DNA of 64,000 nucleotides from Eledone cirrhosa (Eukaryota): NCBI GenBank assembly GCA_964016885.1, contig OZ024751.1, positions 40,548,001 to 40,612,000 of the forward strand, read 5' to 3'. Shown piece by piece: positions 53,201 to 64,000 of this stretch (position 1 is its first letter; each line of letters starts with the position of its first letter). The notes under the pieces were generated by a model. It saw only the letters and a program-made list of their open reading frames with translations, ran no database searches and was not told where the DNA came from. The position numbers and the translations under genes were made by a program.

Positions 53201-54629
53201 ATTTTCTATAAATTACTTGAACTCTTAACATTCTGTACTGCATGAAACCACATTAACGAGGCATTCTCGAAAAGTACAAAACAACACAATGACTGTATCA
53301 CTTAAAAGAATTAAAGTCTGACCACTACTAAAACATAATACAAACATTTGGATTAACATCTGCTTAATCATTATGGTTTAATAAATAAATAAATTTCTTT
53401 ATCATTCTGATTTGCTATGTGTGTCCAGTATAATCCAAATTTAAGTTGATTCTATACAGCAAAGACCTAGAGCAGGCACGTCAAACTGAGGGTCCCCCTC
53501 CGAGGGCCACACACGGCAACTAATTGCGCACATTACAACTGTTTTTTTTAATTTTATATTACGAAGATAAAACATGCTCGCGCTGTAAAAACCTTTGTGA
53601 GGGCTGCAGGTATTCTTGTAAATTTAACATCAGGAAAGACAGTTAATATGAGGTTCATTGAAGATAAAATACCTTTTTTTTCATGTTCTGATGCAGATGA
53701 AACTGAAAAGAAATCTTCTTTACTCTGAGGTAAGTTGAATTTTGATGTCTAAATTATATATTTAACCCTTCTGAAACCTGTTTGAAGTCATTCCTGGTTC
53801 TAGGATACAAAACTTGTTTTAAAGTTGTTTCAAATAAATCTCTGATTTTAGGGGACGGGAAAGTCGATTAAATCAACCCAGTGCATTGCTGGTACTTTAT
53901 TTTATCAACTGCATAAGACTGAAAGGCAGAGATAACCTTGGTGGGATTTGAACTCAAAATAAAAGTTTAATAAAAGAAGTTAGCTATTAATTCCCTTGAA
54001 ATAAACAATGCTGTTATTAATAAGAAGAGTTGAAATTAATGCATGCAAGATTTTACAGCTCTAGCATCCCTCCTGGATTGGCAGAACCATTGGAATGTCA
54101 GACAAAATACTTTGCAACATTTAGTTACATCCCTCTACGTTTTCAGTTCAAATCTATCCACGTCAACTTTGCCTCTCATTTTTTCTTGGGGTCAATGTAA
54201 TTAACTCTCCTTTCCACTAATTGTTGATCTTGTGTCTAAATTAGAAATTATTACTAAATCCTGCTAAATTCTTGGAAAACCAATCAATATCTTTCATTAG
54301 AAATATGTTAATTAAAGGGTTAATCAATTGTTTTTGGAAATTAATATCAGAGACATGATAGTAAAACCTATCATTGGGTCCTGCAAGGCTAACCTCAGAT
54401 TTAGTAGGGTGAAAAATGGCCTTAAAATGCTGGTTGTTGTGTTGAGAAATGTTATTCTGTTGATGAGTGAGAAAATGAGATTGTAGCAGCTTATGTTTAT
54501 TATCTTTAACTTAACTGAAATATGTCTGTTTTCTATTTCTTGTAGATCGATCATTTTTATGAACATGCATGTGGACAAACTAAGGATCAAATTGAAATGA
54601 CAGAACTAGCCAGAACTTACACAAGATAA
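41681..54629 (+). CDS. MYB: Three-repeat (R1R2R3) Myb transcription factor, B-Myb/A-Myb-like, about 741 aa, 18 coding exons
   Basis: Exons: 41681-41703, 43229-43352, 44724-44876, 45321-45424, 45823-45951, 46172-46337, 46842-46896, 47842-47920, 48176-48309, 49030-49160, 49589-49999, 50992-51122, 51274-51400, 51778-51900, 52389-52490, 52679-52795, 53697-53729, 54546-54629 (2226 nt). Motifs: KGRWTKDED, KVLNPELVKGPWTKEED, GKQCRERWHNHLNP, GRTDNAIKNHWNSTM, TPIKNLPFSPSQFLN, PRTPTPFKNAL, and a C-terminal ACGQTKDQIEMTELAR resembling the MuvB-binding region. The first exon and the small central exons are less certain. Confidence 0.92.
49220..49507. repeat. Direct tandem duplication of about 150 bp
   Basis: TTTATAAAACGATGATGAAAAT...(TA)n...CATTATAAAATG occurs twice, differing mainly in (TA)n length. 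Confidence 0.85.
50069..50119 (-). ncRNA. Type I hammerhead ribozyme motif, antisense in a MYB intron
   Basis: Minus strand reads AGCTTC-CTGATGA-TTTCTCATGAAT-GAAA-CAGTTCTAGTCCTG-TA-GAAGCT. It has a 6-bp stem I, a CAG/CTG stem III, a GUA cleavage triplet and a weak stem II, and it lies next to (TA)n. Confidence 0.65.
52858..53060. mobile_element. Mariner-type MITE
   Basis: TA-CGAGGGTCGACTGAAAAAGTCCATAGG...CCTATGAATTTTTC...-TA. An older relative is at about 18705-18900. Confidence 0.5.
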
Positions 54630-56509
54630 AAAGACAAGAAACTGTACACAAACAAATCATATCTGATGAAATTGAATGTAACCTGTGATTAGCTGTGTAA
54701 ACTTAACATACTTTGTAATCTAGGGAAGCTTTCACATACAGACGCACAAAATCATATAACTATTTTAGTAGGGATTTTTAAAATTATTCTATTTTTATAA
54801 TTTTTATTAAATAGGAATATTTAGCATTAAAAAAATTTATTAATTCGCTAAAGATTTTTAAAATATCAGATTTTATGCATGCTGCCAGTTTACTAACAAT
54901 GCTATTAACTCTTAATGTCTTGTACCGTACAAAACTGCATTCGCAAAACATTCTTAAAAAGTACTAAGCAGCATTACGATTGCATCACATTAAAAATCTA
55001 TGCTCTAACATTGGAAATGTTCACAAAAACTATAAACATTTGAATTAACAAACCATTTTTTAGATATTTTCTGTTAAATCATTACAGGATGTTAAGAGTT
55101 AAGCCCTTAAAATCAACAAATTTAACCCTTTTCACATTCTGCATGGCATTTGTTAATAGTTAAAATTATTCTGCTTTTTAAAATGGCTTAATTTTAAGAT
55201 ATATTTTTAGTATGGTTTGTTTGGTGCGAATTATTTTTAAAATTAAAAATCTAGCACATTGTAAATACACACTCACACAGAAGGCATGTCTTAGTTTATT
55301 TTACGAAAAACTGAAAGTCTGTTGTGCATTTCAATTTCAAAATTGTAAATATTTTCTCACCTTTTATGTAAAAATGAATTACTTTTAATATCATGTTTAT
55401 CTGATAAAAACAATAGGAACTGCAGATTTGAAACATTTTAAGATAATTTTATAAATATTAAAATTTGGTGTTGAAACAATTTCAATACCATGTTAAATCA
55501 ATTATTTTTATGAAATTATTTATAAAATGTTGTCCTAAATATTTTTGAATGAAAATTTATAATGTAAACCTGAATAATAATATATTAACTCAGTCTGATG
55601 ATTGACTTTTTTTTTGTATTATTTAAAATAAATGGAAATTAGCCATCAACAATATATGTTATGTGTTTGTCTCGTTATTTGATCAAAACAAGTTTGTGGT
55701 TATTCAAACTGTGTTAGCTTCGTTATTTAACCCTTTAGCATTTACATTACTCTATATATACTATTGTATTTTGGTAGTAAAGGCTTTAATCTCATATAAT
55801 ATCGAATCTATGAGATTTTGATATTTATTTTGAGAACCTTATCAGCAACTCTGAGCATGAAAAAATGTTTCCAAAAGTCATGGGAACAGTGGTTTTCTGA
55901 CTAGGCATGCCTACATGTGTTAGATATGGAATTCAAAGAGGTGTTGGCAAGATGGCTAATAATTTTGTGGATGTCAGAGCTTTAATGTATACATGCAGAG
56001 GAAAGCAAGGTGTTCAGAGTATGGTAGATGCCTTATGGAGGGTTATTCACTTGGTTGCACATCACTGAACAGTTTCCAGGTCAACATTGAGCAAGATAGA
56101 ATTTGCATCACCAGCTTGGAACCCCTAAGTGGCCACACCATAGCTATATACTCTCACCAACCCTACAACTGCTTAGGATTGTCAAAACATTTTGAATTCT
56201 GAAGGGATTTAGTAATAGACAAGATGGGGCCTGAAACCAAAGTTCTTGCAATAAAACTATGACGTAAGGTTTCTATAGATCAACGTTAATCCTCTTGAAT
56301 CCAACCCTCATCGTTTTAAACCATTCATGGAAAAATACCTTTAGGCTAGGTACCAAACCCCAACTTAATTAGACAGTTAGGACTTACTAAATCCCTTCAA
56401 AGTGTTGACTATTTACAAAATTAATTGCAAATCATTAATCAATAAAAGATTAAAAAAGACACTAATGTATGAAGGTTTGCTCAAATTTATTGAAGTGAAA
56501 TAATACACA

Positions 56510-59500
56510 TTAGAATTTAGCAAATGACTTGTTGCCAGATGATCCCTTTGACACCTTCAGGACATTGAAGCGGACAGTCTTGCTCAGTGGTCTACATTCA
56601 CCCATTGTTACAACATCTCCAGTTTGAACATCCCTACAGAAATAAAAATAATAAAGTTAAATCACAAGGACAAAATTTATTAAATAAACTGGGTGTTTAG
56701 TTAATTTGTCTCTTAAACAACTTGTAATGGTTCTTAATAGAAGACATCCAAAAAACGAGTTCATAGTATCTTCACCAGTGGATAAATCAGTGAAATCAAT
56801 TTAAAGACTAATTTGTGTTATGCCCTCCAGTGTTTTGTACATTTTAAGAATATCTTGTCAATATGGTTTCATGAAGTACATGATGCTAAAATCTTGATTA
56901 GAATGTGAGAGCAAAAACAAATGAAATGAAAGCACAATTGTTCTCACACTTTTAGTAATAAATCATTCGAGTTTTACATAAAGAGAAACAATAACTTTCC
57001 TATATAATAAACATTCTAGTTTTTATCCTGTCCAGGTATTGTTCGACCCATGCCAACTTAGATATAAAACAACAATGATCTTAAATAGAACTCTACAAAC
57101 TGAGGATTTTAAAGAAATGCAACCCTGAAATAAATAATCCATTTCCCCTTGATAATTACAGTATATACTAAAATATAAAGCTGAACAAAAGACAGTCTTA
57201 CCTAAAACAAGGACTCATATGTACTGACATATTTTTGTGTCGTTTTTCAAATCTATTGTATTTCTTTACATAATGAAGATAGTCTCTTCTCACGACGATT
57301 GTTCTGGTCATTTTCATCTTAAGGACTGTTCCTGTAAGGATACGGCCACGGATACTGACATTGCCTGTGAATGGACATTTCTTGTCAATGTAAGTTCCTT
57401 CAATGGCCTGCAAAATAGAAATAATAAAAGACAAAGTTAAACAAGCAAATCTCATCTGAGTTAGCTATAAACAAGAACTAAGCCTAAAGTCTGCCTCAAG
57501 CCTGGAGGTTCACTAAGCTGGTGATTACCTCGGATTCCCTGGCGTTAAGTGACAGAGTACAAGACTCCCCCATGGACAGTCTATTGCAGGGTTAAACCCC
57601 CAGCTACAGCTGGTACCCATTTTCAGCTGAGTATACTGGAGCAATGGGAAATATTTTGCTCAAGAACACAACGCACAACCCAGTCTAGGAATCAAACCCA
57701 CACCATTGTGATCGTAAGCCCAACACCCTAACCACTGGGACACATGCTTCTGATGAATTATTGTAAGATGTTTAGTTATGTTGGAGAATGGAATATTATC
57801 TAAAGGTTCTTATATAAATTTATGGTTGGTGGTTTCTAGCAAAAACTGTATTTCTAACGAAATACACCACCTATTTAGAATATTACTTAAGAACTTATAA
57901 GGAGCCAACAGATCTAGCATCACACATGATTGTAGAAATATACTCACCTCTTTTGGGGTCTTGAACCCCAGTCCTACATTTCGTACATATCTCAAAGATT
58001 TTTTTTGCTTTTTACCAGCTTTAAGCACTTCCTTTCTGTTTAAGAAAACTGTTGGCTGTTTCTGAAATGATCTTTCAGTCTAAAATATAATAGATAATAT
58101 ATAAATCAACAAGCTGTAAACTTCATGAAAGTAACTGTCAAATATGTAAGGTGGAACACAACACAGTAAGAATTTATGATCAACTGCAGAATCACGAGTT
58201 TGTCTTAGTTTTAGATGAAGCAGGGTTTCCCCAACTTTTTCAAACGTGGTACCCTTTTTGTTATATGGTGGTAACATAAATATACCCCCTCTAGCCACTT
58301 TGGGAACCAAAAAAGAATTGTAAGAAAACAAATTTGGTAATATTTATTTCTACATCAAACGACTTGATATCAGCAGTTTAACTTTGTGTACCTCGTTGAA
58401 ATTTAAGTTCATTATTATCTGACTTAAATCAGCCTCATTGCCATACTAATAAACAGCAATACACTGGGATAGACTTAACTGACACCCCTCCCTACCAAAA
58501 TGTCGGCCTTGTGCCTAAATCAAGAACCATTATTATCGGACAATATGCTTTTTGCAGTATTTGTTCCGCCTCCTTAAGATCTGAGTTCAAATTCCGCCAA
58601 GGCAAACTTTGCCTTTCATTTATTTGGGGGTCGATAAAATAAAGTACCAGGCAAGTTATGTATGAATACATGTTCGTAACTTAGCGCTTCGATTCAAAAG
58701 CGATCGATAAAATGACCAGATTAGAAAAACAATCACTCCGGTTGATATGATCAACTAAATCAAGGCGGTGTCCCAGCACGACCAGTCTACTGACTAACAA
58801 AAACATTTGTTAAAATCTAAGAAAACAAACCAAGCACGACACATTTGTGTCGTCTTTGCCTTTATTAACCGGGGAGTCGGCAAATATAAAATAAAGAAGT
58901 CTTATTCTTTGCCTGTGTAAATATTTCTTGGTATCACTGTGGCTGCTATTTCTAGCATCGTGACCCACCACCATCACTGTTCCCTGTATTTCAGTTTGTA
59001 TACATTCAAGGACCATCTCCCATCGCTAGGATTTTAAAAAATTGCCTTTTAGAAAATTTTCGACCCAGAATGTAGATTATTTTTTTTTACGAAGACTTTA
59101 TTTAGGAATATGACGAAGCTAATATAAACACACAAAACACTGTACAAGTATGAAAAGACATCAAATTGAAGATGCCGATTTCTATAGTATAAATATATAT
59201 ACGTATGCCAGCATGGAAAAAACGGACGTTAAAAGCTGATGTCTATATAAATATATATCTCTATATATATGTCTGCTTAAATCAATCATCTAGCTATCTA
59301 ATTCTATTAATTTATGATATGATTAATAAATATATTTATATTTATGTCTACAAAATATTAAATGTTTTATATATTTTCTGATCACTTGGTTCAACTAGGT
59401 TAGTATCACGTGTAGCAGTGAATTAAGAGAAATCGCGGCAATTATTAAGAAACTGCTGCAGATAGAGTAATAAAAATACTACAGAGCAATTATTTACTTC

Positions 59501-59612
59501 AAGAGGAATAAAAAGCACTAAAAATAATTAATAAAACATGAAATATATTTAAAATCTGGTTAAATTAGTCGATTTTTAAACGGAAAATGTAAAATCCTAC
59601 CTGATCCGCCAT
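56510..59612 (-). CDS. RPS11: 40S ribosomal protein S11 (uS17), 4 exons, 157 aa
   Basis: Exons: 59612-59601 (MADQ), 58079-57948 (TERSFQKQP...[10 protein letters not shown]), 57407-57202 ([24 protein letters not shown]...SPCFR), 56633-56510 ([27 protein letters not shown]...FAKF*). Total 474 nt. Minus-strand AATAAA near 56490. Confidence 0.97.
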
Positions 59613-59660
59613 GACTGCAATTTAGAAAGGATGTACAGTTGTCGCCAAGCGCATGCGTTC
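59613..59660 (-). promoter_or_regulatory. RPS11 TCT/5'TOP-like start and NRF1-like site
   Basis: Minus-strand CCTTTCT about 18 nt upstream of the ATG, typical of ribosomal protein genes. GCGCATGCG at 59649-59657. Confidence 0.6.
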
Positions 59661-60335
59661 ACAAAAATTACATCCGGTTGATAGTAGCGACCTCAACTGT
59701 CAATGTCGAGAAGTAAATCAAATAAAGGGGAGGTTAGCGCTGTCATTACAAGCATGCGTACATAGAAATAGTATTTCAATCCGGTTGTTAGCATCGCCCT
59801 CATCTGAGAATGTGTTAAAGTACATGAAACCTAAGGGGAAGTTACTCAGCAATTACAATTTTTTTCGTACACTACACAAAAATGTCTTTGGCCGTCAAAA
59901 CAGCGCCTTTCCTCAGAATTAGTTCGAGGCAAACGATAAGCCTTCCACTACGGGTAAATTCATTTTTAAATTTAATTTAGTGTCCAAAATTTATTGTATC
60001 TTTGTTTAAATTTTCTTTAAAAAAGTTACTTTGCTCCCACCCCCTTAAATAGCTTAATGTTTACTAATAGTGACAAAAACTCCCTATATTTACTTATCAG
60101 AAATGATTTTAATTTCTTAAAATAGAACAATATTGAAGTGTTTTTTTTAAACACGGAAATGAGCTGGGTGTTATGTCCTACAAACGAGTGCACGTTTTCT
60201 TTAAAATCTCGTGTCATGTTTTAAAACTCCTTAACAACTACATCAACCTCATTTGCGCTCGGCTCTTAACATAACACCTTGTATTTACCGATGAAATAAT
60301 TAAAACAGACAAAAGCCTATAAATATCGTTTGTAT

Positions 60336-60404
<69 letters not shown>

Positions 60405-61125
60405 AATCAAAACAATAGTTGGCCTTTAACAAAAGGTGAACTCAAAATCCTCTCATCTCCTTGGTGGTGGTGGAGGGGTGTTTACCATGTTTCAAGAACT
60501 ACATCAACAACACTACATATATCCATTTCTAATTTAAAAAAAAAGACGACTGGTTGTTATTTGAGGGAAACGTGGCTGCTGTTTCTATCATACTTAGCAA
60601 CTACGAATATTTTAAAAAGTTTTTTTAAAAATATTTTTTTTCTTTTGCAATTTATATTCGCGCACTTTTATAGTTTTATTTTTGCTGATCGTAGCAAATT
60701 AATTTGTTTTGTTTACCCCTATCCCTAATGCTCCTCAGACATTAACAAATGTGATTTACTTCTCGTCTACATATGTAAAGCCTGATTCTCTTTAAAAAAA
60801 CCATAGCTATATTTTTATTTTTTAAAAGCTAACTTACAAACTTTTCTAAAACATGACTTTTCAATGTGAAGGTCTGCCAAAGTCAGTGAAAGTGACCGGG
60901 ACTTCATTAGAGTTATCTCCCTTATTCCCTCTTTTTTATCCCTAATAATTAATTACAAGCAGGACCGGTGGGATTTCTTCAGATGTTGATAATTACTTAG
61001 ATATATATTTCTATAGTCATACATAATTTTAAATATATATCTGTACATATACAGTATATGATTAACCGACACTATATATATCTACATACATACATAATAT
61101 ATACTTTATATATATAAGTTTCTTT

Positions 61126-61195
<70 letters not shown>

Positions 61196-61234
61196 GATAT
61201 TAATAAATGGAAACTATATTTATAAAACCATATT

Positions 61235-61299
61235 TATTTCATTATATATATTTCAGGGATACCAAATTAAATTATGGTATGCCTTCATCAGACAAAATA
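61235..61299 (-). ncRNA. Type I hammerhead ribozyme motif, inverted copy
   Basis: Near-exact reverse complement of 61426-61490, in the left arm of the 61193-61532 palindrome. Confidence 0.7.
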
Positions 61300-61425
61300 C
61301 AATATATAACAGTTTTACAAAAATGTAACCATTGTTTTTGGAAGTCAATCCGGATGACTTCCAAAAACAATGGTTGCATTTTAATAGGGTACGTCAAAGC
61401 TTATTTGTAAAACTGTTATATATTG

Positions 61426-61490
61426 TATTTTGTCTGATGAAGGCATACCATAATTTAATTTGGTATCCCTGAAATATGTATAATGAAATA
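61426..61490 (+). ncRNA. Type I hammerhead ribozyme motif, second copy of the 551 family
   Basis: CTGATGA-AGGCATACCA..TGGTATCCCT-GAAA-TATGTA-TA. One stem II pair is G-C here and A-T in the 551 copy, a compensatory change. Confidence 0.75.
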
Positions 61491-61640
61491 AATATGGTTT
61501 TATAAATATAGTTTCCATTTATTAATATCGTATATCTACTTCCATTTATTAATATCGTATATCTACTTGTCGAGTGCTTTATATCAGTTATAAAAAATAT
61601 TTACTTGTTGTATCCCAACAATTTTAAATAGAACTTTTGC

Positions 61641-61701
<61 letters not shown>

Positions 61702-62051
61702 TAAAAAGGAAAAGAATATGCTGACAAACTTTTTCCAGTGAAAAATAGTTTAATTAGGAATAAGTATAAATTAGAGTGCTCGTAATTTTTGCTCTAATAT
61801 ATATATATGTGTAGGTATATGTATGTGTATATATATATGTGTGTGTGGCAGCCCTGTCAACTCTCCCCGTCCGACGGGGAGATCTACCACCCACTTTGGG
61901 GTGACCGAGAGATGTGAAAATGGGTATAGCTTTGATAATGTAAAATCTCATTTTGCCTCATTTCTCCCTGTTTTGGGGTACTTTTTTTCATGGTACTCCC
62001 CGTTTAGGTTTTTAGAGTTGGAAGGTCAGACGTAGGTAAATGTATATATGG

Positions 62052-62123
<72 letters not shown>

Positions 62124-62284
62124 GTATGTATATGAAGACTTGCATACACATATATTTAGCTTATATTTCGGTTGTTTAAGTAAAATCATGTTTCATAGTC
62201 GTTAAGGATAAAGACAACACAGAGTTGCCTCCCTTGATTACCCAGGTAGTGGGGTGGGGATCCTCAATTGTCTTATATTATTTT

Positions 62285-62460
62285 AGTGGATCGGTAGAGG
62301 GTCGGACGCCATGCTTTCCAGCATAGTTACGTCCCTTTACGATCTGAGTTCAAATCCCGCCGAGGTTGACTTTGCCTTTCATCCTTACGGGGTCGATAAA
62401 ATAAAGTACCAGTAATACACTGGATAATTGCTGGCCTTGTGCCTAAAGTAGAAACAATTA
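62285..62460 (+). mobile_element. SINE, second family
   Basis: Near-exact reverse complement of 1580-1745 and 2690-2860. Confidence 0.75.
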
Positions 62461-62767
62461 TTTTATGATTACCAAGTCCAATAAAGCTGGTAGTAGTGAG
62501 AGACATGACAAGCCTACCTTCAGATGAAATATATATATTTATGAAGTATAATCTTTATGAAAGAATATATTAGTGAATTTAAAGCCTTAGATAACATAAA
62601 ATAGTATGTTATTCTCAGGCTATGGCAATGCAAAATGGACGGTAGATTCTGGAATAAATTGAAGGCAATGAAGATGTTAGTGTGTTACCTGTTATTTTAC
62701 TTACCTGACCTAATATTTCAGGTGTAAAAACCCTTCCTCAGAAGATAACAGCACCCACTTTGATAAC

Positions 62768-64000
62768 ATGTTTTATATTTTTTATATTTTATGTTTGCAG
62801 GCATTTTGTAGTAAAACCACTTCAGAAAGTTCCATAAATAAGAATGCAGAAAGTGCCATAACTCAAGAGGCAGACAATGCCACAAATAAAGAAGCTGTTG
62901 AAAGTGCCATAATTAAGGATACTGCTGAAAATTCTACAAATGAGGGAGAAAGTGCCATAATCCAAGAGGCTGTTGAAAGTGTCGTAGCTAAGGATGCTAC
63001 AGAAAGTACAACAATTCCAGAGGCAGAAAGTGTCTCAATAGCTGAGGCTGTGGCAGAAAGTGTCCCAGCAGCTGAGGCTGAGGCAGAAAGTGCCCCAATA
63101 GCTGAGGCAGAGAGTGACCCAGTAGCTGAGGCAAAAAGTGCCCCAGTAGCTGAGGCCGATGCAGAAAGTGCTCCAATAGCCGATGCAGAATGTGCTCCAA
63201 TAGCCGAGGCAGAAAGTGCTCCAATAGTTGAGGCTGTGGCAGAAAGTGCCCCAGTACTTGAGGCAGAAAGTGCCCCAATAGCTGAGGCAGAAAGTGCCCC
63301 AATAGCTGAGGCTGAGGCAGAAAGTGTCCCAGTAACTGAGGCTGAGGCAGAAAGTGCCCCAGTAGCTGAGGCTGTGGAAGAAAGTGCTCCAGCAGCTGAG
63401 GCAGAAAGTGCCCCAGTAGCTGAGGCTGTAGCAGAAAGTGCCCCAGTAGCCGAGGCAGAAAGTGCCCCAGTAGCCGAGGCAGAAAGTGCCCCAGTAGCTG
63501 AGGCAGAAAGTGCCCCAGTAGCTGAGGCAGAAAGTACACCAATAGCTGAGGCTTTGGCAGAAAGTGCCCTAGCAGATGAGGCAGAAAGTGCCCCAGTAGC
63601 TGAGGCTGTGGAAGAAAGTGCTCCAATAGCTGAGGCAGAAAGTGCCCCAGTAGCTGAGGCAGAAAGTGCCCCAGCAGCTGAGGCAGAAAGTGCCCCAATA
63701 GCTGAGGCAGAAGGTGTCCCAATAGCTGAGGCAGAAAGTGTCCCAGTAGCTGAGGTTGAGGCAGAAAGTGCCCCAGTAGCCGAGGCAGAAAGTGTCCCAG
63801 TAGCTGAGGTTGAGGCAGAAAGTGCCCCAGTAGCCGAGGCAGAAAGTGCCCCAGTAGCCGAGGTAGAAAGTGTCCCAGTAGCTGAGGCTGTGGCAGAAAG
63901 TGTCTCAGTAGCTGAGGCTGAGGCTGAAAGTGTCCCAGTAGCTGAGGCTGAGGCAGAAAGTGCCCCAGTAGCCGAGGCAGAAAGTGTCCCAGCAGCTGAG
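62768..64000 (+). CDS. Unidentified acidic Ala/Glu/Ser/Pro tandem-repeat protein, 3' truncated by the window end, possible signal peptide
   Basis: Frame is open from the ATG at 62768 to the window end: MFYIFYILCLQAFCSKTTSESSINKNAESAI..., then dozens of AESAPVAE or AVAESAPVAE units. Unit lengths are 24 or 30 nt and always preserve frame. Acceptor-like AG at 62721; an alternative acceptor at 62800. Absent from the ORF track because it has no stop in the window. Confidence 0.7.
   Translation, partial: MFYIFYILCLQAFCSKTTSESSINKNAESAITQEADNATNKEAVESAIIKDTAENSTNEGESAIIQEAVESVVAKDATESTTIPEAESVSIAEAVAESVPAAEAEAESAPIAEAESDPVAEAKSAPVAEADAESAPIADAECAPIAEAESAPIVEAVAESAPVLEAESAPIAEAESAPIAEAEAESVPVTEAEAESAPVAEAVEESAPAAEAESAPVAEAVAESAPVAEAESAPVAEAESAPVAEAESAPVAEAESTPIAEALAESALADEAESAPVAEAVEESAPIAEAESAPVAEAESAPAAEAESAPIAEAEGVPIAEAESVPVAEVEAESAPVAEAESVPVAEVEAESAPVAEAESAPVAEVESVPVAEAVAESVSVAEAEAESVPVAEAEAESAPVAEAESVPAAE

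Larger units (their letters stand above)
61193..61643. mobile_element. Palindromic hammerhead-bearing (Penelope-like/retrozyme-like) element
   Basis: Arms of about 150-175 bp are centred on ATCCGGA at 61348-61354. The right arm plus tail is homologous to 483-747. (TA)n on both sides. Confidence 0.65.

Noticed and set aside
55840-56410. Higher-complexity segment between the MYB and RPS11 3' ends
   Set aside because: No recognisable protein motif or consistent splice structure; left unassigned.
58360-58450. Possible C/D box snoRNA in RPS11 intron 1 (minus strand ATGAGG...CTGA)
   Set aside because: The C box is non-canonical, there is no clear terminal stem, and I could not identify a convincing rRNA guide. 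It needs a snoscan or Infernal search.
62997-63722. 241-aa minus-strand LLGHFLPQ repeat ORF
   Set aside because: Probably the antisense shadow of the longer plus-strand frame, which extends through non-repetitive sequence upstream. Not formally excluded.

Overview
AT-rich, (TA)n- and SINE-rich eukaryotic DNA. The repeat types suggest an octopod cephalopod (inference). I reconstructed four spliced genes by hand: NUP205 (+, 41 coding exons, about 2013 aa, one U12-type intron), DNAJC9 (-, 2 exons), a three-repeat B-Myb-like MYB (+, 18 exons) and RPS11 (-, 4 exons). A fifth, unidentified ORF starts near 62.77 kb and runs off the window. It encodes an acidic AESAPVAE tandem-repeat protein with a possible signal peptide and a strict X-Ala/X-Pro/X-Ser dipeptide register. 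The intergenic (TA)n fields at 0-6.5 kb and 61-62 kb hold several unrelated Penelope-like element remnants with type I hammerhead ribozyme motifs; these share an architecture of (TA)n, fold-back palindrome, tail, (TA)n. Also present are CRE-, RTE- and CR1-type LINE fragments, two tRNA-derived SINE families, MITEs and many intronic minisatellites. Most entries in the ORF track are repeat artefacts or exons read through into introns. All calls come from reading the sequence; no searches were run.
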